Positions 29,229-37,876 of a stretch of 64,000 bases of DNA are shown piece by piece. The translations under genes were made by a program, and so were the position numbers. How positions within the stretch are numbered: the stretch's first letter is position 1; each line of letters starts with the position of its first letter. The notes beneath the pieces are model-generated. The model saw only the letters and a list, made by a program, of their open reading frames with translations. It ran no database searches and was not told the DNA's origin. The stretch lies in NCBI RefSeq assembly GCF_024305175.1, contig NZ_JAMWYY010000002.1:42258-106257 (forward strand). Direction: 5' to 3'. Source of the DNA: Flavobacterium sp. (GTDB lineage: Bacteria > Bacteroidota > Bacteroidia > Flavobacteriales > Flavobacteriaceae).

Positions 29229-29531
29229 ATGAGTACACAGAAAGACACTACATTTAAGTTTAACGAGCAGCAAAACCGCTATGAGCTGCATGTGGGAGAA
29301 CATACTGCTATTATAGATTATATAAAAAAAGACGATGTGCTGTTTATGAACCATACCGAAGCGCCGCAGGCGTTAAGGGGTACAGGTGCCGCAAAAAAGC
29401 TTGTTGAGAATGCTTTGCAGCATGCCGCTAACCGCGGCTATAAAGTAGTGCCTAACTGTTCTTATGTAGCCAGGTATATTACCGAACACCCCGAATGGCA
29501 GGCTGTACTTGCAGACAAAACTGCTATGTAA
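29229..29531 (+). CDS. Small GNAT-like N-acetyltransferase (YjdJ type)
   Basis: 100 aa. Y.L.V....A.IDY........F.HTEVP..LRG.G.A..L pattern, recognised from memory as the short GNAT-like family. Confidence 0.6.
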   Translation: MSTQKDTTFKFNEQQNRYELHVGEHTAIIDYIKKDDVLFMNHTEAPQALRGTGAAKKLVENALQHAANRGYKVVPNCSYVARYITEHPEWQAVLADKTAM

Positions 29532-29534
29532 TGT

Positions 29535-30104
29535 TTATTTTTTATAGCGGTAATGCCCTGATATGTCATACAGGAACAGGCAGTCTTCCAGTTCCTGCCC
29601 ACGGCCTACATTGTGTACTATCATATAGCGTTTACCGTCTTTAGATTTTTTATTTACCACAATACCAATGTGTGGCAGGCTGGGTGTAATCATCCAGGTT
29701 ACTATATCTCCCGGTTTATAATCTGCTGCATTTTTTGTTACAGGTAATGAAGTGCCTTTGCGCGTAAAAAATTTTTGCAGGTTAGGCACACGCCTGTGGT
29801 CTATATTAGTATCTGTTGATTTAAGCCCCCAGTTTTTCGGGTATTTAGAAAAATTGGCTTTCATATCCTCGTGTACTTCTTTCTGTAAATCTATTCCCAG
29901 TTTCCTGTAAGCACGTATTATAACATCTGTGCACACGCCCGTATTCTTTGGTACATCTCCATTAGGATAGGGAATCTTTACATAATCGCCAATATAAGTT
30001 ACATGGTCTTTGGTAAGTGATAACGCAGCATCAGAAAGTCGCGCATAAAAACTATCCTGCACGGGTAGCATTACCAATAAAAACAATAAGGCAAAGTATT
30101 TCAT
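29535..30104 (-). CDS. DUF1287 domain-containing protein (signal peptide)
   Basis: 189 aa. GVCTDVIIRAYRKLGIDLQ...HRRVPNL...GDIVTW...PHIGIV is characteristic of DUF1287. Confidence 0.65.
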   Translation of the reverse strand: MKYFALLFLLVMLPVQDSFYARLSDAALSLTKDHVTYIGDYVKIPYPNGDVPKNTGVCTDVIIRAYRKLGIDLQKEVHEDMKANFSKYPKNWGLKSTDTNIDHRRVPNLQKFFTRKGTSLPVTKNAADYKPGDIVTWMITPSLPHIGIVVNKKSKDGKRYMIVHNVGRGQELEDCLFLYDISGHYRYKK

Positions 30105-30179
30105 CTTCAGTTGGTTTGTAAATAAAAACGTAATAATATTTAGATGTAGTATACTGTGGTTTTAAAAAATAGCTATTTT

Positions 30180-30195
30180 AGCAGGATATCCTGCT
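30180..30195. promoter_or_regulatory. Perfect 16-bp palindrome AGCAGGATATCCTGCT just upstream of radC
   Basis: Read directly from the sequence. It ends 5 nt before the radC ATG at 30201. The function is unknown. Confidence 0.3.
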
Positions 30196-30200
30196 GACTA

Positions 30201-30899
30201 ATGGAAGAAACACAAAGCCCTTTTTCGATTAAATACTGGGCAGAAGACGACAAGCCGCGAGAAAAGCTGATGCTGAAAGGCAAAGCTGCACTTAGTGATG
30301 CCGAGCTTATAGCGATATTGATTGGCTCGGGTAGCCGTAATGAAAGCGCTGTAGAACTAAGCAAACGCATCCTCGCCAGTGCAGATAACCAGCTCGGGGC
30401 ACTTGGTAAGCTTTCCATCCAGCAGCTAATGCAATTTAAAGGCATTGGTGAAGCTAAAGCTATTAGTATTGCTGCCGCAATGGAGCTTGGTCGCAGGAGA
30501 CGTGATGAGAGCGGACCCGACCTGAAACAAATAACAAGCAGCCGTGCTGTTTTTGATATCATGCAGCCTGTGATAGGCGAGCTTCCGCATGAAGAATTCT
30601 GGATTATCTACCTGAATAATTCCAATAAAGTAATATACAAAGCACAACTAAGCAAAGGCGGTATAACAGGCACAATGGTAGATGTGCGCCTGGTTTTTAA
30701 AACAGCATTAGAGCATAACGCGGTTTCTGTTATACTGGTTCACAACCATCCATCTGGGGTGCTAAAGGCAAGTGAAGCCGATAAACAAATAACCCGGCAG
30801 CTTAAAGCCGCAGGCCATTCGCTTGATATAAAAGTGCTGGACCATGTAATCATTACCGAGAAAAGCTATCTGAGTTTTACAGATGAGGGCATTTTATAG
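30201..30899 (+). CDS. radC: RadC-family JAB/MPN domain protein (UPF0758)
   Basis: 232 aa. N-terminal HhH-like region (LSDAELIAILIGSG) and a JAMM motif (VHNHPSG). Confidence 0.85.
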   Translation: MEETQSPFSIKYWAEDDKPREKLMLKGKAALSDAELIAILIGSGSRNESAVELSKRILASADNQLGALGKLSIQQLMQFKGIGEAKAISIAAAMELGRRRRDESGPDLKQITSSRAVFDIMQPVIGELPHEEFWIIYLNNSNKVIYKAQLSKGGITGTMVDVRLVFKTALEHNAVSVILVHNHPSGVLKASEADKQITRQLKAAGHSLDIKVLDHVIITEKSYLSFTDEGIL

Positions 30900-31025
30900 C
30901 CTTAGATTTTCCATTATTTGGAGTTACAACATTCTCAGATATAAATTATTGCTCACTACAGAATTAAAGTACTTTTCTTTCGTATGTAAATTCGCTAACT
31001 TGCAGTCATAATAAATGGTTACTGC

Positions 31026-31655
31026 ATGATAAGCACAAAAAATATAACCTTTTCATACGGAAAAGGCACATCTTTTAATTTTCCTGATATTGTTGCCCAA
31101 AAAGGCGGCACATTGCTTATAACAGGAGAGTCGGGTAAAGGTAAAACTACCCTGTTGCACCTGTTAGGTGGCTTGCTTAAACCGGCTACGGGCGAAATTA
31201 ATATAGACAATACTAATATTGCTGCAATGCCCGATAGCAAACTTGATAGTTTCAGGGGTAAAAATATTGGTCTTGTATTACAGCAGGCTTACTTTGTAGA
31301 ATCGTTAACGGTACTCGAAAATGTAGTGCTGGCTTCATGGCTGGGTACAGGCAGGCAGGCAACAGAAAAGGCAAAGCCACTATTAGTGCAGCTTGGCCTT
31401 CAGGATCAGTTAAACAAGCTGCCATCCCGCCTTAGTATAGGGCAGCAGCAAAGGGTTTCTATTGCCAGGGCACTTATAAACGACCCAAAACTGCTTTTGG
31501 CAGATGAGCCTACATCGAGCCTTGATGATGAAAATGCACTTACGGTTGCAGATATGCTCGACAGGCTCGCCCGTCAGTTTGGCACAGCACTGGTTATAGT
31601 AACGCACGACCAAAGGCTAAAAGACCGTTTTCTTAACCAAATCAACTTATCATGA
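31026..31655 (+). CDS. ABC transporter ATP-binding protein (MacB/LolD/FtsE-like)
   Basis: Walker A GESGKGKTT, signature LSIGQQQR, Walker B LLLADEPTSSLD, and H-loop VTHD. The stop overlaps the permease start (ATGA). Confidence 0.9.
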   Translation: MISTKNITFSYGKGTSFNFPDIVAQKGGTLLITGESGKGKTTLLHLLGGLLKPATGEINIDNTNIAAMPDSKLDSFRGKNIGLVLQQAYFVESLTVLENVVLASWLGTGRQATEKAKPLLVQLGLQDQLNKLPSRLSIGQQQRVSIARALINDPKLLLADEPTSSLDDENALTVADMLDRLARQFGTALVIVTHDQRLKDRFLNQINLS

Positions 31656-33037
31656 TTACCAAAATAGCATGGAAAAATATTTGGTTTAAGCCACTCAACA
31701 CGCTGCTAAGCATCATATTGCTAACGGCAAGTGTGGCTATTATAACCCTACTGATTTTATTACAGGAACAATTCGAAAAGAAATTCAACAGTAATGTAGA
31801 GGGGATAGACCTTGTAATGGGGGCGCAGGGCAGTCCGTTACAGTTAATACTCTCAGCCGTTTACCAGGTTGATGCACCTACGGGTAACATCAGCTACACT
31901 GAGGCTAAAACATGGATGGACAACCCTTTTGTAGAGACTGCCATACCATTGGCTTTTGGCGATAATTACAGTGGCTTTAAAATAGTGGGTACCACACCTG
32001 CTTATCTTAAACACTATGGCGCAACCATAGAGCAGGGCAAAATTTTCAACGAAAACTTTGAAGTAGTAATAGGCAGCACGGTAGCCGAAAAGATGCAGTT
32101 AAAGATTGGCGATGAATTTTTTGGTTCGCATGGTGACAGCGCAGAAGGAGAAGTACATGACACACATGCTTATATCGTTACCGGTATCGCCGCTGAAACC
32201 GGTAAAGTTGTAGATAACCTTATTTTATGCACAATACCAAGTGTATGGGCTATTCATGATCACGGGCATGACCATGAAGGTGAGGAGGCACACGACCATG
32301 GTGGAGAGGAGCACAGCCACGAGCATGCAGAGGGCGAGGCTCACGACCACGATCATGAAGCTCATGCTCATGAAGGAAGTGATGCACATGACCATGACCA
32401 CGCTGAAGCTCACACACACGACCATGAACATGACCACGACCATGACCATGACCACGACCATGACCATGAAGCTGAAATTAGTGAAGCAGGTAAAGAAATA
32501 ACGGCTGTACTTTTAAAAATGAAAAACAAGCCTGCCCTGTTGTCGTGGCAATACATGATACCCATGAATACTAAAATGCAGGCGGCATCTCCGGGTAAAG
32601 AAATAAACCGCTTGTTTAGCTTGTTTGGGATAGGGTTGCAGGCACTACAGTACCTCGCTTACGGCATTATGCTGATTTCAGGCATCAGTATATTCATAGC
32701 TTTGTTTAATACGTTAAAAGAGCGCAAGTATGAGTTTGCCCTGCTAAGGGTAAACGGTGCGAGCCGTGCTCAGTTATTATCTTTAGTATTAATAGAAAGC
32801 CTTATTTTATGTGTTACGGGCTTTGTGTTTGGAACGATTGTTGGAAGGATTGGTGTGGTTTTAATATCCGGATCGTCTGAAGAGGAGTTTAAAATGTCTT
32901 TTAATCCTTTTACCTTTGTGTGGGATAAAGAAGGATATTTATTCCTGCTCACAATAGCTGTGGGAATTATTGCGGCACTGATACCGGCAATTAAAGCCTA
33001 TAGTCTCAATATATCTAAAACACTTGCAAATGCGTAA
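31652..33037 (+). CDS. FtsX/MacB-type (type VII ABC) permease with a His/Asp/Glu-rich insertion in the periplasmic domain
   Basis: 461 aa. TM1 at ~17-37, an extracytoplasmic domain of ~290 aa, then three C-terminal TM helices (FtsX-like). The insertion is HDHGHDHEGEE...HDHEHDHDHDHDHDHDHE. Confidence 0.85.
   Translation: MITKIAWKNIWFKPLNTLLSIILLTASVAIITLLILLQEQFEKKFNSNVEGIDLVMGAQGSPLQLILSAVYQVDAPTGNISYTEAKTWMDNPFVETAIPLAFGDNYSGFKIVGTTPAYLKHYGATIEQGKIFNENFEVVIGSTVAEKMQLKIGDEFFGSHGDSAEGEVHDTHAYIVTGIAAETGKVVDNLILCTIPSVWAIHDHGHDHEGEEAHDHGGEEHSHEHAEGEAHDHDHEAHAHEGSDAHDHDHAEAHTHDHEHDHDHDHDHDHDHEAEISEAGKEITAVLLKMKNKPALLSWQYMIPMNTKMQAASPGKEINRLFSLFGIGLQALQYLAYGIMLISGISIFIALFNTLKERKYEFALLRVNGASRAQLLSLVLIESLILCVTGFVFGTIVGRIGVVLISGSSEEEFKMSFNPFTFVWDKEGYLFLLTIAVGIIAALIPAIKAYSLNISKTLANA
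32255..32470 (+). repeat. Low-complexity His/Asp/Glu coding segment, ending in an imperfect (CAY-GAM)9 hexanucleotide array at 32417-32470
   Basis: 72 codons with 27 His by my count. The terminal 54 nt encode HDHEHDHDHDHDHDHDHE. Confidence 0.8.
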
Positions 33038-33524
33038 AACAATTTTTATACTGACAACACTTTTATTTGCCGGATTTATGCTTACATCGGCAGTTACACC
33101 ATCATCATATTCAAAAACAGATAAGGCTTTATATACTACAGCCGTTGCCGATACCCTTTCCTGGAAACTGCTTGGGCAGATAAAATATGTGAAGAGAGTA
33201 ACGGATGATTATCCTGAAGGCGTAATGTTCCCGATTGTAAATACAACCCTGAAAGCAAAGAACAAGAAGCCGATAATAATGAGTGGTTTTATTATCCCCA
33301 TAGATAATAAGACTTACGCGCTGAGTAAGAACGTATTTGCTTCCTGCTTTTTTTGCGGACAGGCCGGGCCGGAAACCATTATGGGCATAAAGTTTAAAGA
33401 TCCGTCTATAAGGCTTAAAACCGACCAGTATGTAACCCTGCAGGGTACTTTCCGTTATAATGACAGTGATGTTGACGATTGGATTTATCATATAGATAAT
33501 GCTGTAATTGTAAAAGGGAGGTAA
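33030..33524 (+). CDS. Secreted small protein, DUF3299-like by architecture
   Basis: About 164 aa from ATG 33030 (the ORF track starts at TTG 33024). It has a signal peptide and the motif GFIIPID...YALSKNVFASCFFCGQAGPE. The start overlaps the permease stop by 8 nt. The family assignment is from memory and unverified. Confidence 0.5.
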   Translation: MRKTIFILTTLLFAGFMLTSAVTPSSYSKTDKALYTTAVADTLSWKLLGQIKYVKRVTDDYPEGVMFPIVNTTLKAKNKKPIIMSGFIIPIDNKTYALSKNVFASCFFCGQAGPETIMGIKFKDPSIRLKTDQYVTLQGTFRYNDSDVDDWIYHIDNAVIVKGR

Positions 33525-34213
33525 TGCGTATAGCCGGTAAAAAGACAGTTTTTTTTGACCTCGACCATACTTTGTGGGATTTTGAGAAAAATTCTGCACT
33601 TGCATTTGAAACCATACTTAAAAAGCATAAAGTAGGGGTAGATGCGCAGGCTTTTGTTAAAGAGTATGTGCCAATTAACATGAAGTACTGGAAACTGTAC
33701 CGCGACGGGCAAATAAGCCAGCAGCAACTTCGCTATGGCAGGCTTAAAGATGCTTTTAACATACTGCAATATGATGTGGATGATGTACTGCTTGAGTTGT
33801 TATCTGAAGATTATATTGCACATCTGCCTACTTTTAATCATTTATACGAGGGGGCAACAGAACTTTTAGAATACCTTAAACCTAAGTACAGCCTGCATAT
33901 AATTACAAATGGTTTTCACACCGTACAGGAAGGGAAGCTAAAAAATGCAGATATACTCCACTATTTTGAAACGGTTACAAACTCTGAACTGGCGGGGTGC
34001 AAAAAGCCACATCCCGATATTTTTGAATATGCCATAAAAGCTGCCGGGGCAGAAAAAGCAACAAGCATAATGATAGGCGATTGTATAGAAGCCGATGTGC
34101 AGGGTGCAATCAGTTGCGGGCTTGATGCCATATATTTTAACGAGTTTAATAAAGAAGCGCACCCATCGGTAGTACAGGTGCAGCACCTTTCCCAAATCAA
34201 GAACTTACTTTAA
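33524..34213 (+). CDS. HAD-superfamily hydrolase (YjjG-like nucleotidase subfamily)
   Basis: HAD motif I is FFDLDHTLWDF. Motifs ITNG and GDCIEADVQGA are also present. The start overlaps the previous stop (TAATG). Confidence 0.8.
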   Translation: MRIAGKKTVFFDLDHTLWDFEKNSALAFETILKKHKVGVDAQAFVKEYVPINMKYWKLYRDGQISQQQLRYGRLKDAFNILQYDVDDVLLELLSEDYIAHLPTFNHLYEGATELLEYLKPKYSLHIITNGFHTVQEGKLKNADILHYFETVTNSELAGCKKPHPDIFEYAIKAAGAEKATSIMIGDCIEADVQGAISCGLDAIYFNEFNKEAHPSVVQVQHLSQIKNLL

Positions 34214-34217
34214 AGCG

Positions 34218-34958
34218 ATGAAAAAAATACTTTTTTGCTTATTGATGCTATGTGCCGTAACTGGCTTTGCACAGGACCTGAACAGCTATAAATATGTGGT
34301 AGTGCCGGACAGGTTCGAACTGCAAAGGGAAGCGGGAGAGTTTAACCTGAACAACCTTGTGGCGATGATGTTTGAGAAAAATGGCTTTGCTGTTTACAGG
34401 GGGCAGGAACTACCTGATGAGCTTATTATGAACCGCTGCAAAGCGTTGTATGCTGATTTAGCAAAAGAGTCGAACATGCTTAAGACAGGGGTAATTATTA
34501 AGCTGAAAGACTGCAAAGGAAAAGAAGTTTTTGTTTCTGAAAAAGGAGAGAGCAAGCAGAAAAATGTACAAAGGGCATATTATGAAGCGTTACGCGAAGC
34601 GTCGGCTTCGGTGGAAGCGTTGAATTATCAGTATAATGGCGAAACTGAAACTGTAACCATACAAACCCCTGTGACTAAAACGGAAACAGTTACGGTTTAT
34701 GTGCCTTCTGCCACTCCGCAGGCAGAGCAGGTGGCAAACGATGATATGCTGTTTGCACAGCCTATTGCCAATGGCTATCAGTTAGTAGACAGTACCCCTA
34801 AAGTAGTGCTTAAAATATACAAAACATCTCAGCAGGACTCATTCACAGCTGTGGGTGAAGGTAAAAACGGTGTTGTTTTTAAGAAAGGTAACGACTGGTT
34901 TTTTGAATACTACCAAAACGACAAACTCATCAGCGAAAAACTGAATATTAAGTTTTAG
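34218..34958 (+). CDS. Secreted protein of unknown function
   Basis: 246 aa with signal peptide MKKILFCLLMLCAVTGFAQ. No motif recognised. It starts 4 nt after the HAD gene. Confidence 0.6.
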   Translation: MKKILFCLLMLCAVTGFAQDLNSYKYVVVPDRFELQREAGEFNLNNLVAMMFEKNGFAVYRGQELPDELIMNRCKALYADLAKESNMLKTGVIIKLKDCKGKEVFVSEKGESKQKNVQRAYYEALREASASVEALNYQYNGETETVTIQTPVTKTETVTVYVPSATPQAEQVANDDMLFAQPIANGYQLVDSTPKVVLKIYKTSQQDSFTAVGEGKNGVVFKKGNDWFFEYYQNDKLISEKLNIKF

Positions 34959-34966
34959 TCTGAATT

Positions 34967-36244
34967 TTAATATCCGTACTTATCGCGCCAGCGGTTCTTT
35001 AAAAACTCCCTTGTGCTGTTTTCGCGGCTGTTTTGCCCGGGGTCATAAAATTTTGTCCCGCTGATATCATCGGGTAAAAATTCCTGGTCGGCAAAATTAT
35101 TATTGTAATCGTGGGCATATTTATATTCATCACCATAGCCCAGTTCTTTCATTAGCTTGGTAGGAGCGTTGCGGAGGTGCAGCGGTACAGGCAGGTCGCC
35201 TGTTTGCCTTACCACCTGTTGTGCTTTGCCAATAGCCATATAGCTTGCATTGCTTTTAGGCGATGTGGCAAGGTAAACAGCACACTGGCTCAGTACAATC
35301 CTCGATTCAGGGTATCCGATGGTGCTCACCGCCTGAAAAGTATTATTAGCCATGATGAGCGCGGTAGGGTTGGCGTTGCCGATATCTTCACTGGCAAGGA
35401 TCAGCATTCGGCGGGCAATAAATTTAAGATCTTCACCTCCCTCAATCATTCTTGCAAGCCAGTAAACCGCTCCGTTAGGGTCGCTGCCACGCATCGATTT
35501 TATAAAAGCGGAAATTATGTCATAGTGCTGCTCACCTGTTTTGTCATATAAAACAGTATTTTTCTGGGCAAGCTGCATTACCCTTTCATTGGTAATAACA
35601 ATATCATCACTTTCAGAGGCATTTACCACAAGCTCAAAAACATTCAGTAGCTTACGCCCGTCTCCGCCCGATAGCCTCAGTAGCGCCTCGGTTTCCTTCA
35701 GTTCAATATTTTTCTGCTTCAGTACCTCATCTTTAGCCATGGCGCGGTGCAGCAGCGCTTCAAGGTCTTCGCGTGAAAAGGCTTCTAAAACATATACTTG
35801 GCAGCGTGATAGTAAAGCCGGTATAACTTCAAAACTCGGATTTTCGGTAGTGGCACCTATAAGTGTTACCCAGCCTTTTTCTACTGCCGTAAGCAGCGAG
35901 TCCTGTTGCGATTTGCTAAAGCGGTGTATCTCATCAATAAACAAAATAGGATTTTTGGTCGTGAATAACCCACCGCTTTGCTTGGCTTTTTCGATGACAT
36001 CGCGCACTTCTTTTACACCCGAATTAATGGCACTAAGCTCGTAAAACGGGCGTTTAGATTCGTGCGCAATAATTTGTGCAAGCGTGGTTTTGCCTGTTCC
36101 AGGTGGCCCCCATAGTATTAATGACGGTATAATGCCCCGGCTTATCTGGTGCGTTAATGAGCCGTTGGGCCCAACCAGGTGTAGCTGGCTTATATATTCT
36201 GATAACTGCTGCGGGCGTATGCGTTCTGCCAAAGGTGCTTCCAT
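34967..36244 (-). CDS. rarA: Replication-associated recombination protein A (AAA+ ATPase)
   Basis: 425 aa with Walker A GPPGTGKTT, Walker B ILFIDEIHRF, and the conserved MgsA C-terminal region. Confidence 0.9.
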   Translation of the reverse strand: MEAPLAERIRPQQLSEYISQLHLVGPNGSLTHQISRGIIPSLILWGPPGTGKTTLAQIIAHESKRPFYELSAINSGVKEVRDVIEKAKQSGGLFTTKNPILFIDEIHRFSKSQQDSLLTAVEKGWVTLIGATTENPSFEVIPALLSRCQVYVLEAFSREDLEALLHRAMAKDEVLKQKNIELKETEALLRLSGGDGRKLLNVFELVVNASESDDIVITNERVMQLAQKNTVLYDKTGEQHYDIISAFIKSMRGSDPNGAVYWLARMIEGGEDLKFIARRMLILASEDIGNANPTALIMANNTFQAVSTIGYPESRIVLSQCAVYLATSPKSNASYMAIGKAQQVVRQTGDLPVPLHLRNAPTKLMKELGYGDEYKYAHDYNNNFADQEFLPDDISGTKFYDPGQNSRENSTREFLKNRWRDKYGY

Positions 36245-36315
36245 AACGTAAAATTACTTAATCTGTCAAAATAGCATTCTATAAAGTTTGGTTAATTTTT
36301 TGAAGAGGTATCTGT

Positions 36316-37137
36316 ATGACCAATAACGACAACCGCTTTACTTTTTCTCCATCTGTATTTACATGGCCTTTACTGGGTGTACTGGTATTGTGGCTTATAT
36401 ATTGGGTAGAAGTAAAATTCCATATATACTTAAACCATTACGGTGTATATCCGCGCACGCTTAAAGGTTTGCGCGGTGTTCTTTTCAGCCCGTTTCTGCA
36501 TGGCAGCCTGGAACACTTATATAATAATTCTGTAGCACTCGTGGTGCTTATAGCCGCATTACGATTTTTTTACCGCAGGCACGCTTTGCAAATTATAGGT
36601 TACGGTATATTGCTCTCCGGTTTTATAACATGGCTGATAGGGCGGGAGTCTTACCACATAGGCGCCAGCGGGCTTATTTATGTACTGGTAAGCTTTATGT
36701 TCTTTAAAGGGATACAGACCGGTTACTACAGGCTGGTAGCACTTTCGCTCACCATAATAATGTTATATGGTGGTATGATATGGTATGTTTTTCCTGATGT
36801 TGATGAAGGCATATCATGGGAGGGGCATTTGGGCGGTTTGGTTACCGGTTTTCTTTTTTCAAGGTTTTATGATTCGCCTGATTATCAAAAACCGATAGTA
36901 TACGACTGGCAGCGTCCTGACTTTAATCCTCAGGAGGATGCTTTTATGAAACGGTTTGATGAGAACGGTAACTTTGTTAACCCGCCAAAGCCGGAGCCTG
37001 AACCGGAACAGGACACAGATTCAGGTAATGCAATACACCATTCTGCAACCATATCCGGAATTACAATATTGTACCAATATAAGCCTGTACAGGAACAAAC
37101 TTTGGATGATAATCCTGAAAAAGATGGAGGTGCGTAA
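36316..37137 (+). CDS. Rhomboid-family intramembrane serine protease
   Basis: Polytopic membrane protein with the catalytic motifs HIGASGLIY (GxSG) and EGHLGGLVTG. Pro/Glu-rich C-terminal tail. Confidence 0.8.
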   Translation: MTNNDNRFTFSPSVFTWPLLGVLVLWLIYWVEVKFHIYLNHYGVYPRTLKGLRGVLFSPFLHGSLEHLYNNSVALVVLIAALRFFYRRHALQIIGYGILLSGFITWLIGRESYHIGASGLIYVLVSFMFFKGIQTGYYRLVALSLTIIMLYGGMIWYVFPDVDEGISWEGHLGGLVTGFLFSRFYDSPDYQKPIVYDWQRPDFNPQEDAFMKRFDENGNFVNPPKPEPEPEQDTDSGNAIHHSATISGITILYQYKPVQEQTLDDNPEKDGGA

Positions 37138-37138
37138 A

Positions 37139-37876
37139 CTACATACGCTGCCTTACTGCCTCATATAAAAATGCACCGCATGCAACAGATACGTTAAGCG
37201 ATGATATACTGCCATACATAGGCAGCTTTGCTTTTTCATCGGTTATTTTAAGTACCGACGGATTTATACCCCTGTCTTCACTGCCCATGATTATGGCAAC
37301 CGGGGTTGTAAAATCAATATCATATATAGTGCTGTCGGTTTTCTCTGTGGCAGCAACAGTTTTAATGCCGCATGCCTGCAAATGGAAAATAGCATCTTTA
37401 ATATGGGTAACTTTGCATATAGGCACATTAAAAACAGCCCCGGCAGATGTTTTAACGGTATCACCGTTAACAGGTGCAGCACCTTGCTTTTGCACAATAA
37501 TGCCATTAACACCTGTACACTCTGCAGTTCGGATTATTGCGCCGAAATTGCGCGCATCACTTAGCTGGTCAAGTATCAGGAACAACGGAGTCTTGCCGCT
37601 TTCCAGCACACTTTCGGTTAAAGTTTCAAGGTCATGAAACGCTACCGGCGATATACTTGCCACAGCACCTTGGTGGTTGTTGCGTGTAAGCCTGTTCAGC
37701 TTTTCAACCGGAACATAGCTAAAGTTAACATTATGCTGCTTTAAAACCTTCAGCAAATCGCGCATAAGGTCGCCCTGTGCATCTTTCTGAATAAAAACCT
37801 TATCCACTTCTTTTCCTGAATGTACCGCCTCTATTATGGCGCGTATACCGAATATCTGGTGTTCCTTATTTTCCAT
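37139..37876 (-). CDS. rlmB: 23S rRNA (guanosine-2'-O)-methyltransferase RlmB (SpoU/TrmH family)
   Basis: 245 aa. N-terminal substrate-binding domain (IFGIRAIIEAV) followed by SpoU motifs (NFGAIIRTAE, IIMGSEDRGI, SLNVSVA). Confidence 0.85.
   Translation of the reverse strand: MENKEHQIFGIRAIIEAVHSGKEVDKVFIQKDAQGDLMRDLLKVLKQHNVNFSYVPVEKLNRLTRNNHQGAVASISPVAFHDLETLTESVLESGKTPLFLILDQLSDARNFGAIIRTAECTGVNGIIVQKQGAAPVNGDTVKTSAGAVFNVPICKVTHIKDAIFHLQACGIKTVAATEKTDSTIYDIDFTTPVAIIMGSEDRGINPSVLKITDEKAKLPMYGSISSLNVSVACGAFLYEAVRQRM

Noticed and set aside
30201-30899. RadC/JAB protein considered as a marker of a mobile element or defence island.
   Set aside because: It is the full-length housekeeping-type RadC (HhH plus JAMM). 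No integrase, transposase, toxin-antitoxin or phage genes lie nearby, and the flanking genes are ordinary.
32225-32501. ORFs encoding MVMVVVMVMVVV... (minus strand) and MTMTTTMTMTTT... (plus strand, other frame).
   Set aside because: These are frame-shifted or reverse-complement readings of the (CAY-GAM)n His-Asp array, not genes. The regular repeat is also not a CRISPR array: it has a 6-nt period and no spacers.
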